Assembly: GCA_017459225.1 (NCBI GenBank) | Contig: JAFUDL010000537.1 | Span: 1 to 46,591, forward strand | DNA length: 46,591 bases | Direction: 5' to 3' | Source of the DNA: Kiritimatiellia bacterium | GTDB taxonomy: Bacteria > Verrucomicrobiota > Kiritimatiellia > RFP12 > UBA1067 | In this document: positions 24,952 to 37,800 of the stretch, one piece after another | Numbering within the stretch: the first letter of the stretch is position 1 | Layout of the letters: every line of letters begins with the position of its first letter | Made by a program: the position numbers and the translations under genes | The notes under the pieces: model-generated | What the model saw: the letters and a program-made list of their open reading frames with translations, nothing else | The model's database searches: none | Told to the model about the DNA's origin: nothing

Positions 24952-25035
24952 GCGCCCGTGGTGGAATGGCAGACACGCTGGATTTAGGTTCCAGTTCCGA
25001 AAGGAGTGTGGGTTCAAGTCCCACCGGGCGCACCA
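24952..25035 (+). tRNA. tRNA-Leu, anticodon UAG, class II long variable arm, CCA encoded
   Basis: The hand fold gives acceptor GCGCCCG/CGGGCGC and a D arm GTG..CAC. The anticodon stem is CTGGA/TCCAG with loop TTTAGGT. The variable arm is TCC-GAAA-GGA and the T arm is GTGGG-TTCAAGT-CCCAC. The discriminator is A, followed by CCA. Confidence 0.9.
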
Positions 25036-25040
25036 ATGGC

Positions 25041-25113
25041 AGGTAATAGGTAACAGGTGATAGGGAATAGGTGATAGGGAATAGGTTGGTGGTTTGAGGG
25101 GTTTGGTGATTTG
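25041..25113 (+). repeat. Tandem heptamer array (AGGTAAT AGGTAAC AGGTGAT AGGGAAT AGGTGAT AGGGAAT ...), about 10 units
   Basis: The period-7 units start 6 nt after the tRNA and grade into the G/T-rich GGTTGGTGGTTTGAGGGGTTTGGTGATTTGG. Confidence 0.85.
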
Positions 25114-25238
25114 GCTGGCGAGATGTGGTTTGATGGCGATGTTTTTCGCGAGCAATGTTCGCGCGTGTTATCGATATCCATGGCGCTGAGAGAATGTCCG
25201 GCAGATTTCAATTCACCCGAAAAAAAATCATTTACCCC

Positions 25239-25268
25239 TTGCAACAACAGTCCAAACAATGATAAAAT
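25239..25268 (+). promoter_or_regulatory. Sigma70-like promoter TTGCAA-N18-TAAAAT upstream of the lipoprotein and giant-gene pair
   Basis: It comprises TTGCAA (25239-25244), an 18-nt spacer and TAAAAT (25263-25268). It lies about 47 nt upstream of ATG 25316. Confidence 0.35.
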
Positions 25269-25315
25269 GTTTATCGGCTTCGGGAGGTTCAGTGTTCCCG
25301 AGGCTGATCGATCGA

Positions 25316-25822
25316 ATGGAAAAAAAGAAAGTACAGATTCTTGCACCGCTTGTGGCGGTGGTGTGTTTGCTTGCTTTCGTGGCTTTTGAGGGCTGCGAAA
25401 GGAAGCCAGATGAGTCTGTGCTGCAAGGCAGCGGCGGCAATGCCAGCAACCAGGTGTATGTGTCGCGCACCGAGGACCCCGCCTACAGCAAGGCGCTTAA
25501 GGATCAAGTTGCGCAGCAGAAGCGCACGGCGATGGCCCTTGCGAAGATCAAGCGGCAGATGGACGATCTGAAGGAGCGTGCGCGTGCGAAGCTGGGCAAG
25601 GACGCCACGGAGGAGCAGATCAAGGCCGAACTGGACGGCAACCCCGCGAAGTACGCGGGATGGAAGCTACTTGTCGACGCGTACGCGAAAGCGAACGCGA
25701 AGATGGAGAAAGAGTTGGCTGATGTGCGCGGCATAGTGCGGCGACGCATCGAAAAGGAGGCGGCGGACCAAAAGGCCGTGGCCGAGGGGAAGGCGACGGC
25801 GGTGCCCGTTGCCTCTAAATGA
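25316..25822 (+). CDS. Small coiled-coil lipoprotein, function unknown
   Basis: The start is moved to ATG 25316 (MEKKKVQILAPLVAVVCLLAFVAFEGC, lipobox-like). The rest is Lys/Ala/Glu-rich helical sequence. The stop lies 35 nt before the giant gene start. Confidence 0.6.
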   Translation: MEKKKVQILAPLVAVVCLLAFVAFEGCERKPDESVLQGSGGNASNQVYVSRTEDPAYSKALKDQVAQQKRTAMALAKIKRQMDDLKERARAKLGKDATEEQIKAELDGNPAKYAGWKLLVDAYAKANAKMEKELADVRGIVRRRIEKEAADQKAVAEGKATAVPVASK

Positions 25823-25857
25823 CGGACGGAAGAGATTCAACGGAAGGAAGCGGCAAC

Positions 25858-28800
25858 ATGAAGACAAAGAAAACGCTTGGCATATTGGCGATGGCGCTCA
25901 CCGCGCTCGCGTGCGCCCTGCCGCGCACGGCCGAGGCTGCGGGCGACATACGCTCGATCGAGGTTTACTCCGACGCGGAGACGGTGGACCGCACGTTCCC
26001 CAACCTGAACGAGCCGCTCGTTGCAGGCGAGACGGTGAAGTTCAAGATCCGCACAGTCAACCGCCGCCGCGGCGACGTTGCCCCCGATGCAGCGCCGGAT
26101 CCCGATCAGTGGAGGAATCCGTGGTCGCTCCAGCATGTGGGCCCCAACGATCCGATTGCGGACACCAACAACATGCCGCAGGTGGGTCTGTGGGTCAGCG
26201 GTCAGGTCAGATACGCGAAGATAGAGTCGCTTAGGCAGTCCGACGATGGATTCTTCACGGACTTCATCTGCTCCTACGTTGTGCAGCGCGGCGATCTCGC
26301 AATGCCGCTCAAGCTCGTCCGTCCCGACGGAAAGGGCGAGGCGATGAGCGTCAACGGCCAGGGGTACAGCGAGTCGTACTACATGCTCAACGAGTCGCTT
26401 TGGAACTTCTTCCCCGCGGTCAACAGCGGAGTTGCGTACAAGAACGCAAATCAGCTCCAACTTTTCTTCGGCGAGCAGACTCTTCAGAACGGCGGTTATC
26501 ACCAGAGCGTCGTGACGGCCGATGCAACCTACAACAACATCCGCGACTACGACCTCAGCCTGGCCGGCATCTACATCCAGGCAATTGACTTCGACAGCAC
26601 CACCTCCGAAGACACAACCGCCAGCGGCGCCACCATCTGGCGCAACATCGCCGCCAACTCTACCACCGCGACTCCCGCGATGCCTCGCCTCGCCATACCG
26701 GGCGGCAGCGCAAAGGAGCAGACGCTCTATGTGTGGACGAAGGATCCCACCATCGCGGAAATGGCGAACGGCACCGAAACCGAGTACGCCTTCATGGACG
26801 GTGTGACTCGCAAGGTGAGCAAGATCTCCATCAAGCCCAACGACGAGCTGGTCACATTCCGCGTCAAGGGCCTCCGGGAAGGATTAGACACCGAAATCTT
26901 CATGGCCGCCACGCCCACCAACGTCTACAACGCCGCCGGTGTGATGCTCACCAACTTCACATGGCGCACGATCCACATCACCAAGGCCCTGCCGCCCGGC
27001 ATGACGGTGGAGATCGATCCCGACGAGGTGGCAACCTCCGCCGACTACAAGACTTCCGTCGCCGCCATCAACCTCAACCTCACCCAGGCCTGGACGAACG
27101 ACGAAGACCTCGTGGTGCACCTCATTCCGACGATGAAGGACGATCCCTCTGTCGATCCCTGGAAGTACATCGGCGTGTCGACCATCGGCAGCGGTAAGGA
27201 CGAGTACAGCAAGCGCGAGCTCACCATGACCATCCACAAGGGAGACAGCTCCGCGGCTGAATCGGGCAGCATGCTCTACCTCTACGCGAACAGGGCCGAC
27301 GCGCTCACGCTCAAGGGCATCCAGTTCGCCGTCGACGAAAGCGCGCTTTCAGATCGGGCGCGTGCGTTCTTCACAGGCACCTTCACGCCCGGCACGGTGA
27401 CGATCGACTACGCCGGCGGTGCGCTTCAGGTGGTGTTGCCAGAGGAGAACAAGGAGTTCTTCGGCATACCCGGCAACGTGGAGCATCCGTTCACCGTTGA
27501 AATCACCGATGTCATCGGCGAGCTCAACGACACCGGCAACTATACCGTCTACTGGGACAACAACGGCAGCGGAGCGTACGCAGTCATCTCCGGTCTTACC
27601 GCCAACAACGGCAAGCTCACCGTCCCCCGCCGCTATGTCACCGCCACTCTTCCGGGCAATCCCTACCACTCCAAGTTCTACGTCATGAACTCCGGCGGCG
27701 CGAGGTCGCCCGAGCGTACGATTCTCGTGAACGTCGATGCCCCCAAGACCATCACGGCGACTCTTGACAAGGGCGTGGCCAACTATCAGGAAGGCGAGAC
27801 CGCAAAGGTCACGTTCGACTTCTCCGCAGAGTTCCAGGAGAACAACGGCCAGCCTGGCTACCTGTTCATCTATCCTCTCGACGAGACGACCTCGAATCTG
27901 GTCACCATCGCCTCGCAGAGCGGCACAGGCACGAGCGTGAGCGTGTATCCAGGCTATGCCTCCGCCAACTCACAGGCGTCGATTCTGCTGAAAGACGGCT
28001 ACAATGGCTGCACGCTCAGCTTCGGCGTGGAAGTGCGCGAGTCGAACGACAACTCCCTGGACAACATCATCGGAGCCTGGGTTGGCAAGCAGTTCTTCAT
28101 CAATGTCACCAATGTGCTGCCCCGCGTCTCCTACATCTCGATGAACGACACGCCCGTCAAGAACAGCGGCGGCACGTTCACCGCCGCAGTGCCGATGGGC
28201 GTGCAGAAGACGTTCTCCATCGGCATCGCCGATCCCGGCGTCAACTACTTCGACTTTGAAGACGAGAACAAGGCCTACACCGAACTGCGCTTCTGGGAGA
28301 ACGGCGAAGTGGTGGAGAAGAAGGTGATCAAGGGCGCACCTGCCGGCAAGAGCGTCAGCCACACCTTCAGCAACGCGGGCAATGCCCAGGTCACCGCCAA
28401 GGTGCGCGACAAGGACATGACCGACCAGGAGTTCGACGAGGCACCCGAGTTCGTCGTGAACGTCACCGTGATCGATGCGCCTGCCATCTCGCTCTCGCCG
28501 GCGCTCGGCGACAGCGTTTTCGATGAAAGCGCAACTGGTCCTGTAAACGGCCGAATCAACGTCGAACTGAACGTGCCGCCTACCGGCCTCGACGTGAGCG
28601 AACACATAACGGTGGAACTGTCGGTCACGCGCAACGGCGCCAACGACGGAATGCTCCCCGTTCTGAACCGCTACGAGATCGAGTTCAAGAACGGCCAGAA
28701 GACCGGCTTCTTCTACTTCAGTGAACTTGACGGCACGCCTGAGAGCGAGAACAAGGGCTTCAGGATCAACGCATGGGTCAAGGAGACCACCACCAGCACG

Positions 28801-31800
28801 GCCGACCCCAACAAGACATGGCGCCAGTACTATCAGCCTGTGACTGATTTCGACGTCTTCATCCGCAACATGGAGCCTGAGATCGGTCCTGGCGCTGATC
28901 CCTCCACGAACGCGCAGCCTGCCGCGCTCAACGTGCCGTTCAACATCATATGGAACGTGAAGGATGTTGCGGCCGACCAGGCGAACATGACGGTGACATG
29001 GAGCTACAACGGCTCGTCCCAGACCACCACGCAGCCCGTCACCAGCACATACAGCAAGCAGATTCTCTTCACTAGCGCCGGCCACAAGGAGGTCACGCTC
29101 ACGGTGCAGGACAAGGACGGCGGAACCGACACCCGCACCTGGTACTACAAGGTCGATCCTTCGATGGGCCTTGAGATCACGCCTCGCCGTCCGAACACAG
29201 GCGCACTCTCCGCGTTCTCGCAGAAGTACACAGGAGCCGTGGGCATAGGCGCGGGCCGTGTGTGGTCGACGTCAACCGACTATCCAACCCGCGTGAGCAA
29301 CTTCACTCAGTACTGGGACTTCCAGCCTGCCAACGACCTCAACCCGAAGATCTACGCATACGGCTACAAGGTTGGCGACAGGGACAACGGCAGTCTCGGC
29401 CCGGCAGGCAGCCGCGACTACGCAGTCGACAACGCCGGCACATGGTACAACCAGGCCTCCTACTACGGTTCCTACTACACCTACAATCCGGGCAACGGCA
29501 AGGACAGCTACTTCTACTGCTGGCTGTACTTCGACGTTGAGGAGAACAACTCCACCCACCTCAGCGGCACCGTGCAGCCGGAGGTCGGCACATCCACGGG
29601 CGAGAACCGCGTGCAGATGCCTGAGCAGGATGAAGAGGCTACGTCCTATCCGCGTACGATGGTGGAGGCCATCTTCTCCGTCGAACGCGACCCCGAGGAC
29701 AACGTGGGCGACATCAACCAGGACGGCATCCCCGACGTATATGCCGCCAACACCACGTGGAACGGCGGGCGCCTCTTCCAGTTCGCGGGGTACGAACTCG
29801 AAGAGGGCGGAGACCTCATGAACCTCGCAGGGGTGAACGACGATGGCGACTACCTGCCCGCGACAACCGCCAGCGGCGGCGCGCTTGTGGAGAACGTCCA
29901 GAACTGGCCGCGTCTCGGCGGCGATTTCACGGCCATCCTCGAGATCCGCGGCTTCCACAAGGGCCTCAACTTCCGTGCCGACAATGACGGGCTCAACCGC
30001 AACGTGCGTGGAGCCTGGATCTCCATTCCCTCGTTCTCCGAGGCGGAGTCCAACGCAATCGCCCGCGTGAACAACCTCTGGGTTGATGACACCGACGAGG
30101 AAGGCAACGCGATTCGCCGTCTGCCCAACCCGGAGAACGCCGCCGAGGTGGCCAACTGGACCGCGGGCCTCAACAGGGCTGACAGCTGGATCCCCGAGAA
30201 GCGTACCGACCCGACAATGGAGGACACCGACCAGGACGGCTTCCCGGACGGCTATGAGTACTTCTTCTGGTACAGCGCAATGGTTGGCGTGGATGGCATC
30301 GACAATCGTCTGCGCGGCTCCAAGTTCACCATCGACGACATTGCAACGGGCGAGGAGCTGACCCCCGAGGAGATCGCTGCCGCGTTTGATCCGACTGTTG
30401 CCGCCGACGGGAATCCCGACAGGCGCGACACCGACAACGACGGCCTTACCGATCTTGAGGAGTATGCGCTCGGCACCAACCCGATCAACTGGGACACCGA
30501 CGGCGACGGTCTTTCCGACTTGTGGGAGATCATGCGCGGCATGAACCCCGTCAAGGCCGACAGCGCCAACAACGGCGGCATGAACGCCGACGGCGACTTC
30601 ATGGCCTACTGCGAGACCGATCCCGAATATGCCATCGTCAACATCGAAGGACTTGGCGAGTTCGCCATTCCGAACGACGGCGGCAGTTACATCACGATGG
30701 ATGGCGACACGTGGAAGTTCACAGACGGCGTCACCAACGTGAACGCGATCGCGGTGTTCCGCTATGGCAAGCCTGATGCGATCTGCGTGCCGAGAAACCG
30801 CGGCACGGCCGGGCTGCCGCCCCTCTCCGCGACTTCGCTTCTGCTCGAAGGCAACACGAACATCGTCTCCGTCGCCCTCGGCCAGCCCCTCGCGCTCATC
30901 CACGATCAGGTGTACAACCAGTTCGGGTTCGATCCGCGCACAGGCTGGTTCATTAACGACCACGGCTTCCTTGGCAGGCGCTGGGAGCCCAACTCCGTGG
31001 TGGCGGGTTCGAGGTTCTTGAACGGCGCCGGTGAGCCCGTGAACACCAAGGCCTACACGGCGCGCGACGAGTACCTCCTCCTCAAGTACCGCTACGAGGC
31101 GACGCCCGCGATGGAGGGCTGGGACGAAGACGCCGGCGAGGCGTTCGTCTTCTCCAAGGCGGCCGACAAGGCGCTCTGGAACGACAGGACTCAGCGCCAC
31201 CACGAGCGCGTGTTCCGCCGCGGCACCACCAACCCGAACGTTGCCTACGAGGAGCGCGTATGGGTGACGGAGTCCATGAACGGCCAGAACTACGCGAGCG
31301 AGAACCATGGAGCCGACACTGACGGCGACGGCGTGCCGGATGGATGGGAGCTCTACGTAGCCCACAACCCGAACGACAACCGCGCTGCCGACACTGCTGA
31401 CGGAGACAACGACGGCCTCAACCTCGTGAGAGAGTACGCAGGCACAGACTCCTGCAATGCGTACGCGGCGTGCGAGAGCATCTATTCCCAGCATCCTGGC
31501 ATTGCAAGCGGCTGGTTCAACAAGTTCTTCCCGACTGACCCGAACAATGCCGATACCGACGGTGATGGACTGGACGACGGCGAAGAAGGGGCTGCCTGGA
31601 TTGGCACATGGGTGTACGGCAAGTCCACCTCGCTTCAGGGCCATCGCTTCACCTTCATTTATGGCGACCGTGACGGCATGCCGGCTGAAGAATTTGCCGA
31701 TCCCAACAACCGAGAGCTCTGCATCCGCGGCGGCGGCTTGAACCCGTGCACGGTCGATACCGACGGCGACCTCCTGCCTGACGCGTGGGAGAGGCAGTTC

Positions 31801-34800
31801 GCAGGCATCCTCTTCGACGCCTCCGCCTCGCCTGTCGGCGCCGATCGCGACGATGGTGTGATTACGATGATCCGTCGCGGCGATGGTCTTGGAGCCGAAG
31901 GCGCTACGGCAGCAGGATTCTACATCACGGGCGGCATGGACGGCACGTATGGCGCCGATGCATATACGCTTTCCCCAGGAGGTGCGTTCTTCGATGGTTC
32001 GTCGAGAGACCCGCGTACCGGCACAAGGCGCGATTTCGACTTCGACCACGACGGACTCCAGAACTTCCAGGAGTATCTCGTGCAGTCGCTGCGCCATCTC
32101 CGCTTCGACGACAGCGAGACGCCTCTGATGGGCAGCTGGATGCCAGACGGTCCCCAGGGTTCGCGCAAGTTCGTGCGCTTCCTGCCCATGAACATCATGG
32201 ACGGCGACACCTTCTACAAGATCTGCAAGGACAATGGCTTCGCAGCCACTGGAGCCTGGCAGTTCGAATATCTCGGCTATTTCGTGCAGCCGCCCAGGGA
32301 GTGGGACTGGGTGCGCATCAACAACTACACAGAGTTCATGATGAACTATGACGAGTTGGGATATCGCGTGATGCTCATCCCTGCGGCCCTTGACCCGAAC
32401 GGCCAGCGCATGTCTGCTCTCGGCTACCTCACCACCGATCCGCGCAAGTGGGATACAGACTCTGACGGCATGGACGACTTCTACGAGCTGTTCCACGGCC
32501 TGAACCCGCTGCTCGGCAGCGTGCAGGACGGCACGCTTGACTATGACATCATCGGCCAGCAGTACATGGGCATGATCAACCACTGGTATAATGGCTGGAC
32601 GGCCTGGCCGCAGATGCCCTGGAACGGCGAGGAGCCCAAGTTCGACGCAATCGCCTATCCCTGGATGATGGGTGCGCCCGAGGCTGATGCCGACGGCGAT
32701 GGACTGAGGAACAACTCCGAAGCTCTGCTCGTGAACATGACCTCGCCGATGCCCACGCACACCGACCCCACTCCGTTGTGGTACACCGACTCCACCGCCC
32801 TCAACAATGCGAGCTACACAGTCCAGTACTACCAGCTTGATCCATACGCTGACAGCCCAGACTTCATGATGTATCCGTGGTCTTGGTCCGTTGGAAGCGG
32901 CAAGACGATGGAAGGCTCGACGTCGGGCACCTTCATGTACTCCTTCGAGGAGAACGAGGGCTACGACACGGACAACGACCGCATCGCCGACGCCGACGAG
33001 CGTGCTATGACGGGCAATGCCATCTCTGATCCGCTCAAGTTCTCCGATCCCGACCGCCGTCAGGCTCTCTGGTTCCCGGGTTCCGAGTCCGCCGCTGTTT
33101 CGTACTCCGGCTACTTCCACCGTCCGAACGGCGATCAGTACGACGTGCTGCGCCAGTTCACAGTCGAGGCCTGGATCTGCCCCGAGGACCTTGAGCGCGA
33201 GCAGGTGATTCTCGAGCGCGTGGCCAGATACACGTCCTCCACCTATCAGAACAACGAGGCGCAGGTGCGCGCCAACTTCCGCATCGGCATCAAGGCCGAC
33301 GGCCGCGTGTATGGTCTGTTCGACACTTCGGATGCCGTTCCCTCCGGAATTGGTCCTGGTTCGCCAACGGTTGTTGGCACCGTTCCCGAGGCCGGCAAGT
33401 GGCAGCATGTTGCCCTCACCTACGACGGCAAGGAGCTGAAGCTGCATCAGGATGGTCGCGTCTCTGGCATTACCGCGACCTCGCTAGAGCCCGCGAATGG
33501 TCTCGTGGTGCTGCAGCAGGAAGCTGTGATCGGAATGGAGAACTTCCCCGTTCTTGAGAACGGCTACTTCAACCTGCCTTGCGCGTTCGTGCTTGGCGCG
33601 CAGGCCATGGATGAAAAAGCGATCGGCCTCACGCCCGAAACCGAGTGGGCCAGCTACTCGAACTTCTACCAGGGCTATATCGACGAAGTCCGCGTGTGGG
33701 ACGGCGTGCGCTCGCTCAGCGAGATCAAGGAGTCCTACAAGAAGCGCATGAGCTTCGATGACGTTGCCGCGCAGCGCGAAGAGGTGTACAATGCCTGGTT
33801 GAGAGGTGCCACCCGCAACGACAACGACGGCAAGGAGATGCTGCCCGCCGAACTGCTGCAGCACTATGCGTTCCAGGCTCTCCCCGGCGCCGTGAACGCC
33901 ACGGACGTTCTCTGGGAACCCGCTGGATTCACGAAGTGCGTGTTCGACAACGTGCGCGACATGGACGGCGTGCTGCCCGCCGGCACCTTCGAGGTAGGCT
34001 GGTGGAGCGCTCTGCCCGTGCGCAGCACCGTGTACGAGAACTACCGCTGGGTGCCTTGGATCCAGAATACATGCGGTCACCTGCCGTTCATGGACGGCTC
34101 CTGCGCCGACTCGCGCTACTGGAGCGAGTTCTTCGGCGGCACTGCCTCCGCGCAGGAGGTCTATAACGACCGTAATCAGGCGAACACCGACGCCCAGATT
34201 CTGGCCCTTGGCGAGGTCAAGAAGATCCTATTCTCGAACACCGCGCATCCTTATTCAATGTACAACTACAGTTCCGAGCGGTTCTATCACGAATTCTTCC
34301 TCAACTACATGGCGGAGGCCGATTCGAACTTCCAGACGAACAGCACGCTCTATGCGTTCGAGATCCGCAGCGGCTTCGTTGGCACTTCCGACCTCGTTCC
34401 GTTGGGCGGCGCGTTCGCCAAGCGCACAGAACAGATGTGGGATGGCGACGGCGCGGCTGACGCATGGGAGGTCACGGCCGACGGCGACTCTGCCCTTGCC
34501 GACATCGACGGCAACGGAATGCCCGACTGGTGGCAGGAAATTGCGATCGCAAGGTATGGCGCGCCTGAGGACTTCGACTGGGCTTCTCTTGTGAAGTGGC
34601 CCGATGCCTCCGGCACGGAGATGACGGCGCGCGAGGCGTATCTGCGCGACATCGCAAGCGGCATGCTGCCCGGCGGCGTGACGGAGACGGTGTTCGTTGA
34701 CAAGCGCGACACTGACAAGGACGGAATGCCTGACTGGTGGGAGCGTCTCAACGGCATTGCGGATGAGACCGCCTATGGCGACCATGACAACGATCAGCTC

Positions 34801-37800
34801 TCCAACTACGCCGAGTACCTCATTTCCGAGGGCTTCGTCAAGTACGGCTTCCCGGCCGTCAGCCCGATCAAGCCGAACACGTTCGGACAGGGCGTGCCTG
34901 ACTACTTCCTGCGCGTCGGCTCGCTCTACCTCGGCCAGATGTTTGCCGACGGCGACATGATCAGCGACATCTGGGAAGACCAGTTCGGCGTAGACGTGGC
35001 CTCGCGCGGCCTGTGGGACGCCCATAAGGACGCCGATGACGACGGATGGAGTAACTGGGCAGAGTACCAGGCCGGAACGCGTCCGGATCTCGAGGCCATT
35101 CTTGGCCCTGATGGCTCCACGCTTTCCGAGTACCCGGTGCCCGTGATCGAGGCGAGCGTGGTGTACAACGGAAAGAAGGACTTCTCGAGCGCGGTTGTCG
35201 TGCAGGCTTGGTCGCAGTCCAACAGGGGCGACAAGCAGATGACGGGAATGCCAGACGCTTCCTGGACGATTCCTGCGCCGGGTGCGGCGGTCGAGAAGAC
35301 GCATGTCTTGGGCTCCAACAGAGGCCGAGTGGTCAACTTCAGCCTTGGCCCGGGAGCAGTCGAGCCTGGAAGCGTTGAGATCCGCTTCAAGGACCTCAAC
35401 TCCCAATGGCGTTGGCAGGGCGAGTACCATGCCGAAGAGATGGTGCGCGACTGGAGAAACCGCTTCAACGACAGGAAGCTTGAAGGCACTGACGAATTCG
35501 GCGAGATGCTGGTCGATGGCGTAAAGGTGGGCGACATCAACTACGTCACCGGCAGCGTAACGATCGACTTTGGAGTGGACGATCTTCAGAACCAGTGGCC
35601 GTTCCTCGTGGCGATGGACGATCAGCACGCGGTCTGGGAGGTTCTCGACCTCAAGAACTCCTATGTGATGGTCAGCTGGAGAACCCAGAAGGTCAACGTG
35701 GGCAATTCGGGCAGGTTCTACCTCTCCTGGTCCGACGAGAACGCCGTCAACGGCGGTGGCGATAACAACAATGGCGGTGGCAACGACAACAGTGCGGCCG
35801 GTCTCACGAAGTACGGCCATCTCCGCGAGGGCAAGAACATGTTCATCGCCTTTGCCGACATGGACGGCAACGGCGTGTGGACGCCAGGCGAGCCTCTCGG
35901 CGTCGCGGCCGACGTTGACGTGGGCTGGTCTTCGGCCTCGTTCTCGGTGGAGCTCACGGACGTCGCGCCGCAGATGGCGCGCATGAACATCTCCGGCCTT
36001 ACTGCTGCGGCAGACTTCGGCGCGGCGGATGCGCTTACCGACCGCAGCGCGACTGTAAACGGATACTACTATTCCAACCAGTCTCTGCAGACGGCATTCC
36101 GCATTCTGCAGACCGAAGACGGCGACGACAATGGTCTTGGTGGCGGAACGGATGTAGGGGGTACTCAGGCCGAGGGCAGGCCTGCCGCCAACGCAACGAG
36201 CCGAATCCGCGTGATCCGCACGGCCGTCAACGGCGAACTGGGAGTTGGCGACGTGCTGTACAACGGAGTGGTGCTTGACCGCGAGATCTATCTCGGCGGC
36301 CACCCGATGCTGACCGAAGCGGACCTTGTGGCCGATGGCCTCCTCGACCTCGACTGGGGCACGCTCACCGCTGCCTGGCAGTCCACGCACAACGGTTCTG
36401 CCATCACCACCAGTCTCACTAACGCCACGTACCGTGTGCTCTACGGCAACGGTTCCGCGGAGAAGTGGACGTTTGACTCGTTCGCCGCGGTCACGTTTGT
36501 GAACGCATACGAATACGGACGTACGCAGACGGCCGCAGTGCCGGTGGCGCCCAAGGGCACAACTCAAGGCGCCACGGTTACGTTCAAGTGGCGTCACGAG
36601 GCACTTGACGCGAACGGCTACAAGATCAAGGACTACCCGGCGTTCCGCCTGCAGGTGCTTGACAGCTCCGACACGGTGGTGTACGATTCCGGCAACAGGC
36701 GTGCGCCTGCCCGCAACTCGCAGGGCGTGTACAGCTGGACGGCTCCGCTCTACGACGGAATGGTCACCGCAAAGGGCCATGTGTTCTCCTCAAAGCAGAG
36801 CTACAAGTGGCGCGTCTCGATGCTCGACGCCAAGTTCACCAGTCCGAACTGGGCTACGCAGGAGTTCCGCGTTGAGGCCTCCGGCATGATGAACGATGGT
36901 CGCCGTCTTGGCGCAATCGCCGCGAACGTGAGGTACTTCGGTCCGATCTTGGACAAGGTCTCCAATAAGGCCTCTAACATCCAGAACCTCATCCACGTGC
37001 AGGCGTTCACCTCGCCCGACTTCTCCGGCGTGCCTGTGTCGGAGGGCTGGGTGTCCAACGTGACTGATCTCGCATCGCAGAGCGTCGAGGGCGTCAATGC
37101 CGTAACGCTTGCGGTTCCTGCTGGCACCTACTACCTCTGCGCGTACATCGACACGAACGGCAACTTCAAGCGCGACAGCTGGGAGAGCTGGGGCTACGCC
37201 AACGGCATCGGCGGCAGCGATCCCGATGTGTACAAGCCGGCAAAGGTCGTTATTGAGGAGCCCAGCTCCGCCGTGCCCTGCGTGACGATCTTCATCGAGG
37301 ACTGCGACACCGACCAGGACGGCTTCCCGGATGCGTGGGAGTACGTGACCAACGGTTCGCTTGCCACCCAGGGTTCCGCAGGCGGAAACACTTTCTTCAC
37401 GAAGGTCAATCCGAACCTGCTCGCGACGGTCCAGGCCTACAGCAACCTCGGTCTTGCCCAGCTCGCAACGGGCAGCGACTATGTGGTGCCCAGGCTCATG
37501 AGCGTGCTCTCCGGCGATGACGCCGCCAGCCTCGCGATGGCCTATCTGCTGAGCGGCGGAACGAATCCTGACGATCTCGCGCCAGAGATGGAGGTGAAGG
37601 TCGATTCGTTCAGCACCGAGGGCGGAATGAAGCTCATCATCTCCTGCGAAACGAAGCCAGTGACGGGCGGAAGGCTGCTGGCCGCCGTTCCTGATCCCGA
37701 GTTCGAGATCGTGCTCCTCTCGAAGAAGGCGCTCTCCGACGAGTCCTGGACCGAGACCGTTGCAGGAAAGGTTACGGTGCCCGCGAACGGCAAGGTGGAC

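Noticed and set aside
25819-25857. Upstream ATG at 25819 as the start of the giant gene.
   Set aside because: It overlaps the preceding stop and adds 13 polar residues before the signal peptide. ATG 25858 has a GGAAGGAAG ribosome-binding site and begins directly with MKTKK plus a hydrophobic core.
24952-25858. tRNA-Leu as the attachment site of a genomic island carrying the giant gene.
   Set aside because: I saw no integrase, no direct repeat of the tRNA 3-prime end downstream, and no visible compositional break in the giant gene.
29753-29762. Partial parS-like core CCACGTGGAA inside the giant gene; also the half-site TGTTTCACG at 13839-13847.
   Set aside because: Only 9-10 of 16 positions match and there is no palindromic partner arm. 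This is compatible with chance in 46 kb of GC-rich DNA.
29272-33447. 1,391-aa ORF antisense to the giant gene (also 34255..36780, 841 aa, and 27970..29085).
   Set aside because: These are typical shadow ORFs of a high-GC3 gene. The sequence is Arg/Val/Gly/His-rich low-complexity without motifs, and it lies fully inside a sense ORF with clear domain signatures.
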